Notes under the pieces: generated by a model | Seen by the model: only the letters and a program-made list of their open reading frames with translations | Databases searched by the model: none | Told to the model about the DNA's origin: nothing | Assembly: GCA_034530875.2 (NCBI GenBank) | Contig: JAVRCJ020000057.1 | Coordinates: forward strand, 1-36,626 | Length of the DNA: 36,626 bases | Reading direction: 5' to 3' | Source of the DNA: Nostoc sp. DedSLP01 | GTDB taxonomy: Bacteria; Cyanobacteriota; Cyanobacteriia; Cyanobacteriales; Nostocaceae | In this document: piece after piece, positions 10,776-22,914 of the stretch | Layout of the letters: every line of letters begins with the position of its first letter | Position numbering within the stretch: the stretch's first letter is position 1 | Position numbers and translations under genes: made by a program

Positions 10776-11113
10776 TCTGTCTCGTTCTCCAAGTCAATTT
10801 GACTCCGTTCAGCTTCTATATATTCCAGCACCTCAGCAAAAAGAGGGTTATCTTTGTGCATACCTGCAAACTTCATCCAAGGATGTTCAGTTTGGGGAAC
10901 CTCAATTTCTAAAGTTACTATTTCTGGTTCTCGCTCTTGTAAAATTTGAATTAGTTTTTCTAGTGCTTCTTCTTTAGTCACACCATAGCCTTTAAAATCT
11001 GGCAAGCCTAGCACCGTCGCAGTAACTCCGCCATTTTCTTGATTTTCAATCAGCACATCATAAGTTAACTTAGGTGCAGTCTTGCTAGAGGAAGTTTTTA
11101 CAACTAAATTCAT
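10772..11113 (-). CDS. HicB-like antitoxin partner of the PIN gene
   Basis: YDVLIE...ATVLGLPDFKGYGVTKEEAL and an HPWMKFAGM tail. Confidence 0.75.
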   Translation of the reverse strand: MNLVVKTSSSKTAPKLTYDVLIENQENGGVTATVLGLPDFKGYGVTKEEALEKLIQILQEREPEIVTLEIEVPQTEHPWMKFAGMHKDNPLFAEVLEYIEAERSQIDLENETE

Positions 11114-11228
11114 AATATTTTTATCTTTGAAGTTTTATACCGACTATAACATTACTCAATAACCAAGTTGTCTTTGATGATGCACGCAGTTTTTTAGTTT
11201 GTAACTTCAAAAAAAATAAAATATAAAT

Positions 11229-11258
11229 TAGGGTGCGTTAGCGACAGCGTTACGCACC
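11229..11258. repeat. REP-like palindrome
   Basis: TAGGGTGCGTTA...TTACGCACC. Confidence 0.6.
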
Positions 11259-11294
11259 ACTAGAGATAACTATTCTGCATCAAACAAGCTAATA

Positions 11295-11349
11295 GGAATC
11301 GGACATGATAAGGAATAACGCAGCAGTTCTGAGTTTATCGAATGCTGGA
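11295..11349. repeat. 55-bp direct repeat, copy B (false methyltransferase start, MSDSY*)
   Basis: 49/55 identical to 8672-8726. Confidence 0.9.
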
Positions 11350-11375
11350 CACTTCAGTTAGGCACACATATTGAC

Positions 11376-12350
11376 TTACACCGACAATAACCAATTAGTT
11401 AAATCAGTAACCGAGTTAAAATCAAGTAATGCCTCACTCAATTCTTCCAACTTTTCAACAGATAAAGAACGTACCTGCTCAAGTAATGCCTCATCAATAC
11501 TGCCTAAACGGCGATTAAGTAGCCGTGTAACTAATAATAATGCTTCTTGCTGCTTGCCGATTTCAATGCCATTGCGAATACCAATGCGCTCGAAAGAAGT
11601 TACGTATTTCATGGTTCGTTCAGCCTCAAGTTGTTGTACTTCAAGTTTAAACTGTTGTTCTAAATCCAGTGGTAAAGTCAACATCCAATCAATAAATACC
11701 ACTAAATTTAAAACATCCTGTTGTCTTAATCCCTGTTCGTATAATCTTCGTACCAAAGCTAGTTTCTGCACTTTTCGCTCGTTGCGGTTACTTTGAGTAT
11801 TCAGTGCAGCTAAATGTGCCATCACAACTGTTGCAAATGGATTGCTTTCGTTTTCGAGTTCAGATAAACGTTCTTGGTAATCTACTAATTTGACGATGGG
11901 AAATTTAAAATTCAACTCACATCCAAACAAACTATAACCAAATTGTGCAGGTCGCCAATTTGGTCTTTCATCACCAAGAATAGCGAACGATGCTACCCTT
12001 TTTTTATATCTATCATAGATACGATAGTTGTAGTTATATATCCTCGCTGCAAAATCTGATTCTTCTTGAGACTGGACTTCAATATGCACCAATACCCACT
12101 CTTGTTGACCATTATTGAGATATAATTTGACTAACTTATCTGCAAAACGACGCCCGATTTCGGCATCTTTAACAGCTTCCATAAGTTCTTTATCTAAAAA
12201 CTCTATCTCCTTTGTCCAATCAATTTCCTTGTATGCAGCCGGAAAGAAAAATTGCATAAATTCGGGAAAATATGTTTGTAAAATGTCTTTCCAAGGAGAA
12301 TCATATTCAGTAGATGGATTTTTAGTTTTGTTATCGTTATTATCAGTCAT
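11376..12350 (-). CDS. Rpn/YhgA-like PD-(D/E)XK nuclease family protein with C-terminal DUF4351
   Basis: YDSPWK, FLDKEL, ADKLVK, HIEVQ, and the C-terminal LSVEKLEELSEALLDF...WL. Confidence 0.85.
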   Translation of the reverse strand: MTDNNDNKTKNPSTEYDSPWKDILQTYFPEFMQFFFPAAYKEIDWTKEIEFLDKELMEAVKDAEIGRRFADKLVKLYLNNGQQEWVLVHIEVQSQEESDFAARIYNYNYRIYDRYKKRVASFAILGDERPNWRPAQFGYSLFGCELNFKFPIVKLVDYQERLSELENESNPFATVVMAHLAALNTQSNRNERKVQKLALVRRLYEQGLRQQDVLNLVVFIDWMLTLPLDLEQQFKLEVQQLEAERTMKYVTSFERIGIRNGIEIGKQQEALLLVTRLLNRRLGSIDEALLEQVRSLSVEKLEELSEALLDFNSVTDLTNWLLSV

Positions 12351-12440
12351 TCTTGTGAAGGTAAATTTCTTAATTTAGGGATCGAACTCAGATTAAATTC
12401 TGAGTAGTACTAGATAATGCAGTTTTTTAGTTTATAAATT

Positions 12441-12690
12441 TTAAGATATAGTCCAATCTTCTAAGCGCAAATTAGGCACTTTTTCAAAATCTCTGCGATT
12501 GCGTGTTACTAAAATTACATTTACTGAGAACGTAATTGCTGCAATGCGTAAACCTTGTGTACCGATGCGGATTCTTTGACGAATCAAGTCTTCGTAATAA
12601 TTAATAGCATACTGGTCAAAACCTAGCGATCGCACATTTTTGAAAAGCTCTAAAGTAGCCTCTAGTTTGCATAAGCTAATATCAACGATC
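12441..12690 (-). pseudogene. C-terminal fragment of a VapC/PIN toxin
   Basis: IRIGTQGLRIAAI...LVTRNRRDFEKVPNLRLEDW. The expected acidic residue of GTQD is Gly, there is an apparent frameshift near 12670, and the N-terminus is missing. Confidence 0.75.
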
Positions 12691-12843
12691 GGATGAATAA
12701 GCCTTTATGATAAGCAGATTTTATTCTAAGTATATTATTCCTAAGATTAGCACTAAAGCTATGGCTAAAAAACTTTAATTATTTACGCTAGCGTACTATC
12801 TATGCTTGAATTTTTATAATATTGTATGAAAGGGATCGCTCTT

Positions 12844-13581
12844 ATGATTTACGACCAATCAGAGTTTGATTTACGCTGCGAATGGGGCGCACAAGGAGTT
12901 TATCAACTTGCTTCTATCAGCGATGTAGTAATAATAGTTGATGTTCTTTCTTTTTCTACTTGTGTAGAAATTGCCACTAACAATGGTGCGATAATTTTTC
13001 CCTACGCATATCAAGATGAATCTGTTATAGATTATGCCAAATCAGTACAAGCAGAATTGGCGAGTCATAGACAACGTTGGACAACAACTGGATATTCTCT
13101 TTCTCCAAAGTCACTAGAACAAATTCCCGCTAGAACTAGACTAGTTTTACCTTCACCTAATGGTTCTTTTTTAACTTTACATACTGGAAATACACCGACT
13201 TTGGCTGGCTGTTTGCGAAATTGCCAAGCTGTAGCCGAGTTTGCTCAAAGGTATGGCGATAAAATCGCTGTGATTCCTGCTGGTGAAAGATGGAAAGATG
13301 ATGGTAGCCTCCGACCAACTTTTGAAGATTTGATTGGTGCTGGGGCAATTCTTAGCTATTTACGCGGTAGTTTATCCCCAGAAGCCGAAGCAGCCGTAGC
13401 AGCGTTTCAAGCTTTCCAGCAGGATTTAGTAGGATATTTAAAAAAATGCAGTTCTGGTAAAGAGTTGATAGAAAAAGGTTTTGAACCAGATGTTGAACTG
13501 GCGGGTGCATTTAATATTAGTGATTGCGTACCTTTATTAATCGATAAAGCCTATATTAATTCTAATTCTAGAGTTAATTGA
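12844..13581 (+). CDS. 2-phosphosulfolactate phosphatase (ComB) family protein
   Basis: VIIVDVLSFST, SLSP, PSPNG, GCLRN, EDLIGAG. The start is 12844 or 12826. Confidence 0.85.
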   Translation: MIYDQSEFDLRCEWGAQGVYQLASISDVVIIVDVLSFSTCVEIATNNGAIIFPYAYQDESVIDYAKSVQAELASHRQRWTTTGYSLSPKSLEQIPARTRLVLPSPNGSFLTLHTGNTPTLAGCLRNCQAVAEFAQRYGDKIAVIPAGERWKDDGSLRPTFEDLIGAGAILSYLRGSLSPEAEAAVAAFQAFQQDLVGYLKKCSSGKELIEKGFEPDVELAGAFNISDCVPLLIDKAYINSNSRVN

Positions 13582-13690
13582 AAAATTCAAAAATCAGCAA
13601 TCTTTTATAGTTAATTTAATTAAATTTATTACTTTTATTCATAAATATTTTTTACTAGGACAGTTTTAATCTAAAGATATGAATCCAGAT

Positions 13691-13716
13691 GAGACGTTGC
13701 ATTGAAACGTCTCTAC
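13691..13716. repeat. GTAG-type REP-like palindrome between convergent genes
   Basis: GAGACGTT...AACGTCTCTAC. Confidence 0.6.
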
Positions 13717-13720
13717 ACGG

Positions 13721-14260
13721 TCAAAGGTCACATTGATTGGTTTGGCAATATTTTGCACTATCGATAAATTCTTGTAAGTTTCTCACGGGAATTATTTGAA
13801 ATGACGACCCGCCTTGTACCTCAGCGGTGATGTAAGCAAACTTTTGCCCGCGATAATAGAGGTCGCGACCAACTTTGGTAACGTAGCGAGACTTCTGGAA
13901 GTCATTCGCAACCTGAGAATTATAAATATTTTGTAACAATTTCAAGGCATTGGCATTTTTTGTGGTGAATTTGAGACCGCTACCACTAACAGTGATTCCT
14001 TCTTTTGTTACTGTCCCATCTTCGGCAGTGACATCGGCATAAAAGTAGAGTTTCCCCTTTGTACCGTCATAGCCGTGGGCTTCGCTGTTGTATCTCAATG
14101 TCGGTAGCTGAGGTCTTGTTTTTGCCCACTTGACAACGGTGTTGATATTTTGACCGGGAAGGGCGTTTGCAGGAGTGACAGCAAGTAAAATTGCGATCGC
14201 AGACGCTGTAGCATTGAATAAATAGTCGATCTTAAAACTTTTGCTCATACGTATTTTCAC
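13721..14260 (-). CDS. Hypothetical exported protein
   Basis: Signal peptide ending PANA|LPGQ and a C-terminal Cys pair. The exact start is uncertain. Confidence 0.75.
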   Translation of the reverse strand: MKIRMSKSFKIDYLFNATASAIAILLAVTPANALPGQNINTVVKWAKTRPQLPTLRYNSEAHGYDGTKGKLYFYADVTAEDGTVTKEGITVSGSGLKFTTKNANALKLLQNIYNSQVANDFQKSRYVTKVGRDLYYRGQKFAYITAEVQGGSSFQIIPVRNLQEFIDSAKYCQTNQCDL

Positions 14261-14691
14261 TATAAATAATGTTGATAGCTAAAGCCTAATTTCCATGAAG
14301 CCAGAGGAATTTGCACGGTAGCGTTATTTTATGAATATTAGGCTATTAGTAGCAAAAACAACTTAGCACTGACTAATAACCACTGTCCACTGAGGGTACT
14401 CTAGGGCAGTTGTACAAAGGTTGCCCATTCTTCATTAGATATATGACAAATGACCATACCAATTAGTTACAAAACTTAGTTTTGTCTCAGGCAAACAACA
14501 TTATCTATTGGGATTTGAGGCATTAAAGCTACATATTCTACATACTTCTTAATAAAGCAGCCTTAAGAACCCAAAACGTTTTAATCTAAAAGCTAACTGG
14601 GTTAATTTACTGGCAGTTTTGCAGGCAGTACTCTTAGGCTAATAAGCATAGACGCACCAATGTGTCAAGCCTCAAAGCGACCCAGACTTAA

Positions 14692-18048
<3,357 letters not shown>

Positions 18049-18185
18049 GGAATAGTTACTGGGAACTAGGAAGACAACAAGACAAGGAGGCAAGGGGACA
18101 ACTTACAACAAGTCTTTTCCCTTGTCTCACTATTGTCTTGCGAATAGCTAGTAACCAGTACCAAATCCCCAGTCCCTAATACCCT
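18049..18185. repeat. STRR-type repeat and hairpin cluster after apcE
   Basis: Degenerate GGGAATA/GGGAACT units, GACAAGG...CCTTGTC inverted units, CCCCAGT/CCCTAAT units. Confidence 0.6.
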
Positions 18186-18246
18186 TCGCAACCTTTCGTA
18201 ATACTGCTCTCAGATTGCAGTTAGAAGAGTAAATCTGAAAAGTAAT

Positions 18247-18264
18247 ATTACAAAGTGTTAAGAG
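18247..18264 (+). promoter_or_regulatory. Possible HLR1 (RpaB) site upstream of apcA
   Basis: ATTACAAA-GT-GTTAAGAG is a partial match to the (G/T)TTACA(T/A)(T/A) N2 direct repeat. Confidence 0.35.
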
Positions 18265-18489
18265 CAGTCATAAATGCTCAACAGAATGCCGGAAAATGTT
18301 TTGCGGAAGGTAGCTGAGTTTAAAAGCTTGTGTACTTATGTTGACTCAAGCAAACTCGTAAATTTATTAGTCGTAACAGTTATGAAACTGTTGTGTCTAA
18401 AACAATGAGAAAATAAACTCAGTCAACCAAATCAAAGTCGCACCAGTTTAATTAAATCCTGGTTTCATTCGTATTGGAGGAATCCATTA

Positions 18490-18975
18490 ATGAGTATCGT
18501 CACGAAAGCGATCGTGAATGCTGATGCAGAAGCCCGCTACCTAAGCCCCGGTGAATTAGATCGGATCAAATCCTTTGTAGCAGCTGGTGAGCGCCGTCTG
18601 CGGATTGCTCAAGTTTTGACAGAAAATCGCGAACGGCTAGTTAAGCAAGCTGGCGACCAACTGTTCCAAAAGCGTCCTGATGTTGTGTCTCCTGGTGGTA
18701 ACGCTTACGGTCAAGAATTGACAGCTACTTGTCTGCGCGACCTAGATTACTACCTCCGCCTCGTTACCTACGGTATCGTTGCTGGTGATGTTACCCCCAT
18801 CGAAGAAATTGGCGTTATCGGTGCCCGCGAACTGTACAAGTCTTTGGGAACTCCTATCGATGGTGTTGCTGAAGGTATCCGTGGTTTGAAGAATGGTGCT
18901 GCTACACTGCTGTCTAGTGAAGATGCTGCTGAAGCTGGTGGCTACTTCGACTATTTAGTTGGCGCCCTACTGTAG
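18490..18975 (+). CDS. apcA: Allophycocyanin alpha subunit
   Basis: [41 protein letters not shown]. Confidence 0.99.
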   Translation: MSIVTKAIVNADAEARYLSPGELDRIKSFVAAGERRLRIAQVLTENRERLVKQAGDQLFQKRPDVVSPGGNAYGQELTATCLRDLDYYLRLVTYGIVAGDVTPIEEIGVIGARELYKSLGTPIDGVAEGIRGLKNGAATLLSSEDAAEAGGYFDYLVGALL

Positions 18976-19040
18976 GCTGAAGCTATTTAGCTGCTGAAAC
19001 AGAAGTATTGCAATACGGTTGGAAATAAGGAATTAACAAC

Positions 19041-19529
19041 ATGGCTCAAGACGCAATTACCGCTGTCATTAACTCCGCAGACGTTCAAGGTAAATACCTC
19101 GACTCTGCTGCTTTAGAGAAGCTAAAAGGCTATTTCTCTACTGGCGAACTGCGGGTACGTGCTGCTAGCACCATCAGTGCCAACGCTGCTACCATTGTCA
19201 AAGAAGCTGTAGCAAAATCTTTGCTGTACTCTGACATCACCCGTCCTGGTGGCAACATGTACACCACCCGTCGTTATGCAGCTTGCATTCGTGACTTAGA
19301 CTACTACCTCCGCTATGCTACCTACGCTATGTTAGCTGGCGATCCTTCTATCCTAGATGAGCGCGTACTCAATGGCTTGAAGGAAACCTACAACTCCTTG
19401 GGTGTACCCGTTGGTGCTACCGTACAAGCTATCCAAGCAATCAAGGAAGTAACCGCTAGTTTGGTAGGTTCTGACGCTGGTAAAGAAATGGGCGTTTACT
19501 TAGACTATATCTCCTCTGGTTTAAGCTAG
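19041..19529 (+). CDS. apcB: Allophycocyanin beta subunit
   Basis: [37 protein letters not shown]. Confidence 0.99.
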   Translation: MAQDAITAVINSADVQGKYLDSAALEKLKGYFSTGELRVRAASTISANAATIVKEAVAKSLLYSDITRPGGNMYTTRRYAACIRDLDYYLRYATYAMLAGDPSILDERVLNGLKETYNSLGVPVGATVQAIQAIKEVTASLVGSDAGKEMGVYLDYISSGLS

Positions 19530-19568
19530 GAGCTAGTTTGCGCTTAAGAATTTAGGTGCGGCTTTATT

Positions 19569-19676
19569 AAGGTCTGGAAATCAACCGTGAGTGCTAGAAC
19601 GTTATATTGCTTATCTTGGTTAATTATCAGTGATGAGTGTTGGTGGTCTAGTATTGATGTTTGATTTCCAGCCTTG
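19569..19676 (+). promoter_or_regulatory. Long stem-loop between apcB and apcC
   Basis: AAGGTCTGGAAATCAA pairs with TTGATTTCCAGCCTT. It is a probable mRNA-stabilising or attenuating structure. Confidence 0.55.
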
Positions 19677-19756
19677 GAAAAAATAATTTAAAGATTTGCA
19701 CTCAACTATTTACAGATAAAAAAGTTTCCACAAAAAATACAGGAGATTTTCAGAAC

Positions 19757-19963
19757 ATGGCCCGTTTGTTTAAGATTACTGCTCTTGTTCCTAGCCAAAC
19801 CCGAATTCGTACACAACGCGAACTGCAAAACACTTATTTCACTAAGCTAGTTCCCTACGAGAACTGGTTCCGCGAACAGCAACGCATTCAAAAAGCAGGT
19901 GGCACAATCATCAAAGTTGAACTAGCAACTGGTAAACAAGGTGCTAATACTGGTTTGTCGTAA
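19757..19963 (+). CDS. apcC: Small core linker LC7.8
   Basis: MARLFKITALVPSQTRIRTQRELQNTYFTKLVPY; AGGAG RBS before ATG 19757. Confidence 0.97.
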   Translation: MARLFKITALVPSQTRIRTQRELQNTYFTKLVPYENWFREQQRIQKAGGTIIKVELATGKQGANTGLS

Positions 19964-19998
19964 TTGTTGTAGACAGAACATTTTTTTAGGGAATTGGT

Positions 19999-20024
19999 AA
20001 GAGGTCATTTTCGACCTCTTTTTT
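19999..20024 (+). terminator. Intrinsic terminator of apcABC
   Basis: AAGAGGTC-loop-GACCTCTT then a T-run. Confidence 0.8.
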
Positions 20025-20170
20025 GTTAGCGAAAATCTACTGAAATTCTCAGACCTTCGTTCTTTCGTCTTACCGTTTGTTGTAATCCACGGGCATCATT
20101 AAAGTACATCGACCGTGTTGTAATTGTGCTTCAGTGTAGGAAACAACCATTGGAATATCTGAGCCAGAAT

Positions 20171-20255
20171 TATAGCAGAAGGCAAAAGGTAAAAGTATTA
20201 GTATTCCTGCTATTCAAGCTTTCAAAATGTCCTAACATATCTGACTACTGCTGTA
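20171..20255. mobile_element. Small degenerate MITE-like element
   Basis: TATAGCAG...CTGCTGTA ends with internal GCAGAAG-type units. Confidence 0.4.
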
Positions 20256-20396
20256 CAAATGACAAATTCAGAAGTCAAGAATAATACAGACTTAATGCCT
20301 AGCTCGTAAACTGAGTTTCTTTTATTTACAAATTATGAACTTGATATTTCAGTAATTTTAAGTCATTAGTAAAAAATTTATTAAATCAAATAATAT

Positions 20397-20556
20397 TAAG
20401 TAGAAGGCAGGAGGCAGGATAGCGCAGCGTAAAGCCTTCGGCATGGCTTCGCTTAGAGCGAGTCCGCGAGCGTCGGCAGGAGGCAGAAGGTAAAATCCTC
20501 AACAGTAAAAGGTTTCGCTGGTTTGGATTTTACATTTAATTATGTCTGCTTACTTA
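20397..20556. mobile_element. MITE-like element with nested repeats
   Basis: TAAGTA...TACTTA ends. A GGCAGGA heptamer run is split by a GC-rich insert at 20419-20474. Confidence 0.45.
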
Positions 20557-20790
20557 CTATTTAGATATGTGTTCTCTAAGTGTAGATTTGGTAGCATTGA
20601 CCTCACAAAAATTAAGCGATCGCCACAGAAAAACAGCTTGCAAAAGTTACTAGTCGATCGCTCTGGAGTAGATGTAGCAACTTACACTAAGAGTACAATC
20701 GAAACAGTGCATCAAATTACTGAGTTATGAGTTATGATTTATGAGTTTTATTCCTAAGTTTTAATTCGTAACTTTTTACCTATAGCGATC

Positions 20791-21993
20791 GTGAATCTAC
20801 GCCGTCTGATTCCAATTTTTGATAATTCCGTCTCTAACTGGGCGTTAGAGGCGCGATTGTTGCGCTGGTTAATATTGGTTTGGCTGTTCGTTGGCTTGAT
20901 TGTGCTATTTTCAGCATCGTATCCAGTGGCTGATGCGCGTCATAACGATGGGTTGTACTACTTTAAGCGGCAACTACTTTGGGTTTTAGTTGCCTTAATC
21001 GGATTCAATAGTATTGTTAATTCACCATTGCAGAAAATTTTGGGACAATCCCATTGGTTTTTGATGGTGTTTTTGACCTTAATTTTTGTGACACTGATTC
21101 CAGGATTGGGAAAGAAGGCTTTTGATGCAGCACGTTGGATCGCGATCGGGCCAATTCCAATTCAACCTTCAGAATTGATTAAACCATTTCTAGTGCTGCA
21201 AAGTGCGCGGCTTTTTGGCCAGTGGGAACGAATTGGTTGGCGGGTTCGCTGCGGTTGGCTGGTTATTTTTGGTTTGGTACTTTTAGGAATTCTTGCCCAG
21301 CCTAACTTAAGTACAACAGCACTTTGTGGCATGACTATTTGGCTAATTGCCTTAGCGGGTGGGTTGCCGTACAAGTACTTGGGGGGAACAGCAATTGGTG
21401 GAGTGATGTTAGCAGTACTGAGTATTAGCATCAAAGAGTATCAGCGTAAGCGGGTGATGTCGTTCCTGAATCCTTGGGCTGATGCTACCGGAGATGGTTA
21501 CCAGTTAGTGCAAAGCTTACTAGCTGTTGGTTCTGGTAAAACTTGGGGAGCGGGATTTGGACTTTCGCAACAAAAGCTATTTTATTTACCAATTCAAGAC
21601 ACAGATTTTATTTTTGCAGTGTTCGCTGAAGAGTTTGGTTTTATTGGCGGCATAGTTCTGTTGGCACTTTTAGCGATATTTGCAACTCTGGGATTAGTCG
21701 TGGCGCTGAAGGCGAAAAATTCAGTGCATCGATTAGTGGCAATAGGTGTGACAGTTTTGATGGTAGGACAGTCATTGTTGCACATTGGTGTGGCTACTGG
21801 TTCTCTACCAACTACTGGCTTACCTTTACCCTTGTTTAGTTATGGCGGTAATTCAATGATTGCTAGCTTGATAGCTGCGGGGTTGCTGATTCGGGTAGCG
21901 CGCGAAAGTAGCGAAGCGGAGGTAGTACCCCTACGGAAACCTGTATTGTCAAATAGACGCAAACGCCGAGATTTTCATAAAACTAGGAATTGA
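20791..21993 (+). CDS. ftsW: SEDS peptidoglycan polymerase FtsW
   Basis: AARWI, IQPSEL, QPNLST, GYQLVQS, TDFIF, PTTGLPLPLFSYGG. Confidence 0.92.
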   Translation: MNLRRLIPIFDNSVSNWALEARLLRWLILVWLFVGLIVLFSASYPVADARHNDGLYYFKRQLLWVLVALIGFNSIVNSPLQKILGQSHWFLMVFLTLIFVTLIPGLGKKAFDAARWIAIGPIPIQPSELIKPFLVLQSARLFGQWERIGWRVRCGWLVIFGLVLLGILAQPNLSTTALCGMTIWLIALAGGLPYKYLGGTAIGGVMLAVLSISIKEYQRKRVMSFLNPWADATGDGYQLVQSLLAVGSGKTWGAGFGLSQQKLFYLPIQDTDFIFAVFAEEFGFIGGIVLLALLAIFATLGLVVALKAKNSVHRLVAIGVTVLMVGQSLLHIGVATGSLPTTGLPLPLFSYGGNSMIASLIAAGLLIRVARESSEAEVVPLRKPVLSNRRKRRDFHKTRN

Positions 21994-22021
21994 GCCAGCA
22001 AAAGTCACGGCAAACTACAAA

Positions 22022-22846
22022 ATGAAAGACCTAAAACAATTAATAATTAGTTATTCCAACACAGATCTCGAACAGCGCAAAAATTGGTATTCCCCAGCAG
22101 CAGAAGCTTATAACAAGACAAGACCCCGCTATCCTCGAGATTCGATCGAGCAAGTTGTGGAAGTTGCTCAACTTTCCAGGAACTCAAAAATTCTGGAAGT
22201 GGGATGCGGCCCTGGGACTGCAACGGTAGCATTTGCTCAATTGGGTTCCTCTATCATCTGCTTGGAACCCAACCCAGATTTTTTTCAGCTAGCTCAACAC
22301 AATTGTCAGCCGTATCCAAATGTAGAAATTGAGAACACATCGTTTGAAGAGTGGAAACTGAAGCCGCTTGAATTTGATGCTGTTTTGGCAGCAAGTTCTT
22401 TTCATTTGATATCGTCGGCAGTCGGTTATCCAAAAGCTGCAAATGCTCTAAAACAAAGCGGTCATCTTATTTTATTGTGGAACAAGGAACTTCAACCTAG
22501 CTACGAAGCGTACAAAAGTTTATCGGAAATCTATCAAATATACACTCCATCTCTCGATCGCTATGAAAATCGAGAAACGCAAGAACATATCTTGAAAGAA
22601 CTAGGAAATATAGCTATTGAATCAGGGCAATTCAAAGACTTGGTATCTGGACACGTTATCTCAGAAGTAACTTACACTGTTGATGAATATTTAACGCTTT
22701 TAAACACTTACTCGCCTTACATAAAATTAGATACCCATACTAAAGAGTCTTTATTTTCAGCACTGAGGCATCGTATAGAAGATGATTTTGGTGGAAGTCT
22801 GCAACTTTCGTATATCTCTGCTTTTCACATTAGCCAAAAAGTATAG
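22022..22846 (+). CDS. Class I SAM-dependent methyltransferase
   Basis: YNKTRPRYP, ILEVGCGPG, FDAVLAASSFH. Confidence 0.9.
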   Translation: MKDLKQLIISYSNTDLEQRKNWYSPAAEAYNKTRPRYPRDSIEQVVEVAQLSRNSKILEVGCGPGTATVAFAQLGSSIICLEPNPDFFQLAQHNCQPYPNVEIENTSFEEWKLKPLEFDAVLAASSFHLISSAVGYPKAANALKQSGHLILLWNKELQPSYEAYKSLSEIYQIYTPSLDRYENRETQEHILKELGNIAIESGQFKDLVSGHVISEVTYTVDEYLTLLNTYSPYIKLDTHTKESLFSALRHRIEDDFGGSLQLSYISAFHISQKV

Positions 22847-22914
22847 CCAAATCAAATCTTCGGTAAAATTAGATGCCAAAAATGCTGGTAAAGCGACGGG
22901 GTAATTTCTGATGC

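Noticed and set aside
19661..19756. Extended ApcC N-terminus
   Set aside because: The RBS and family length support ATG 19757.
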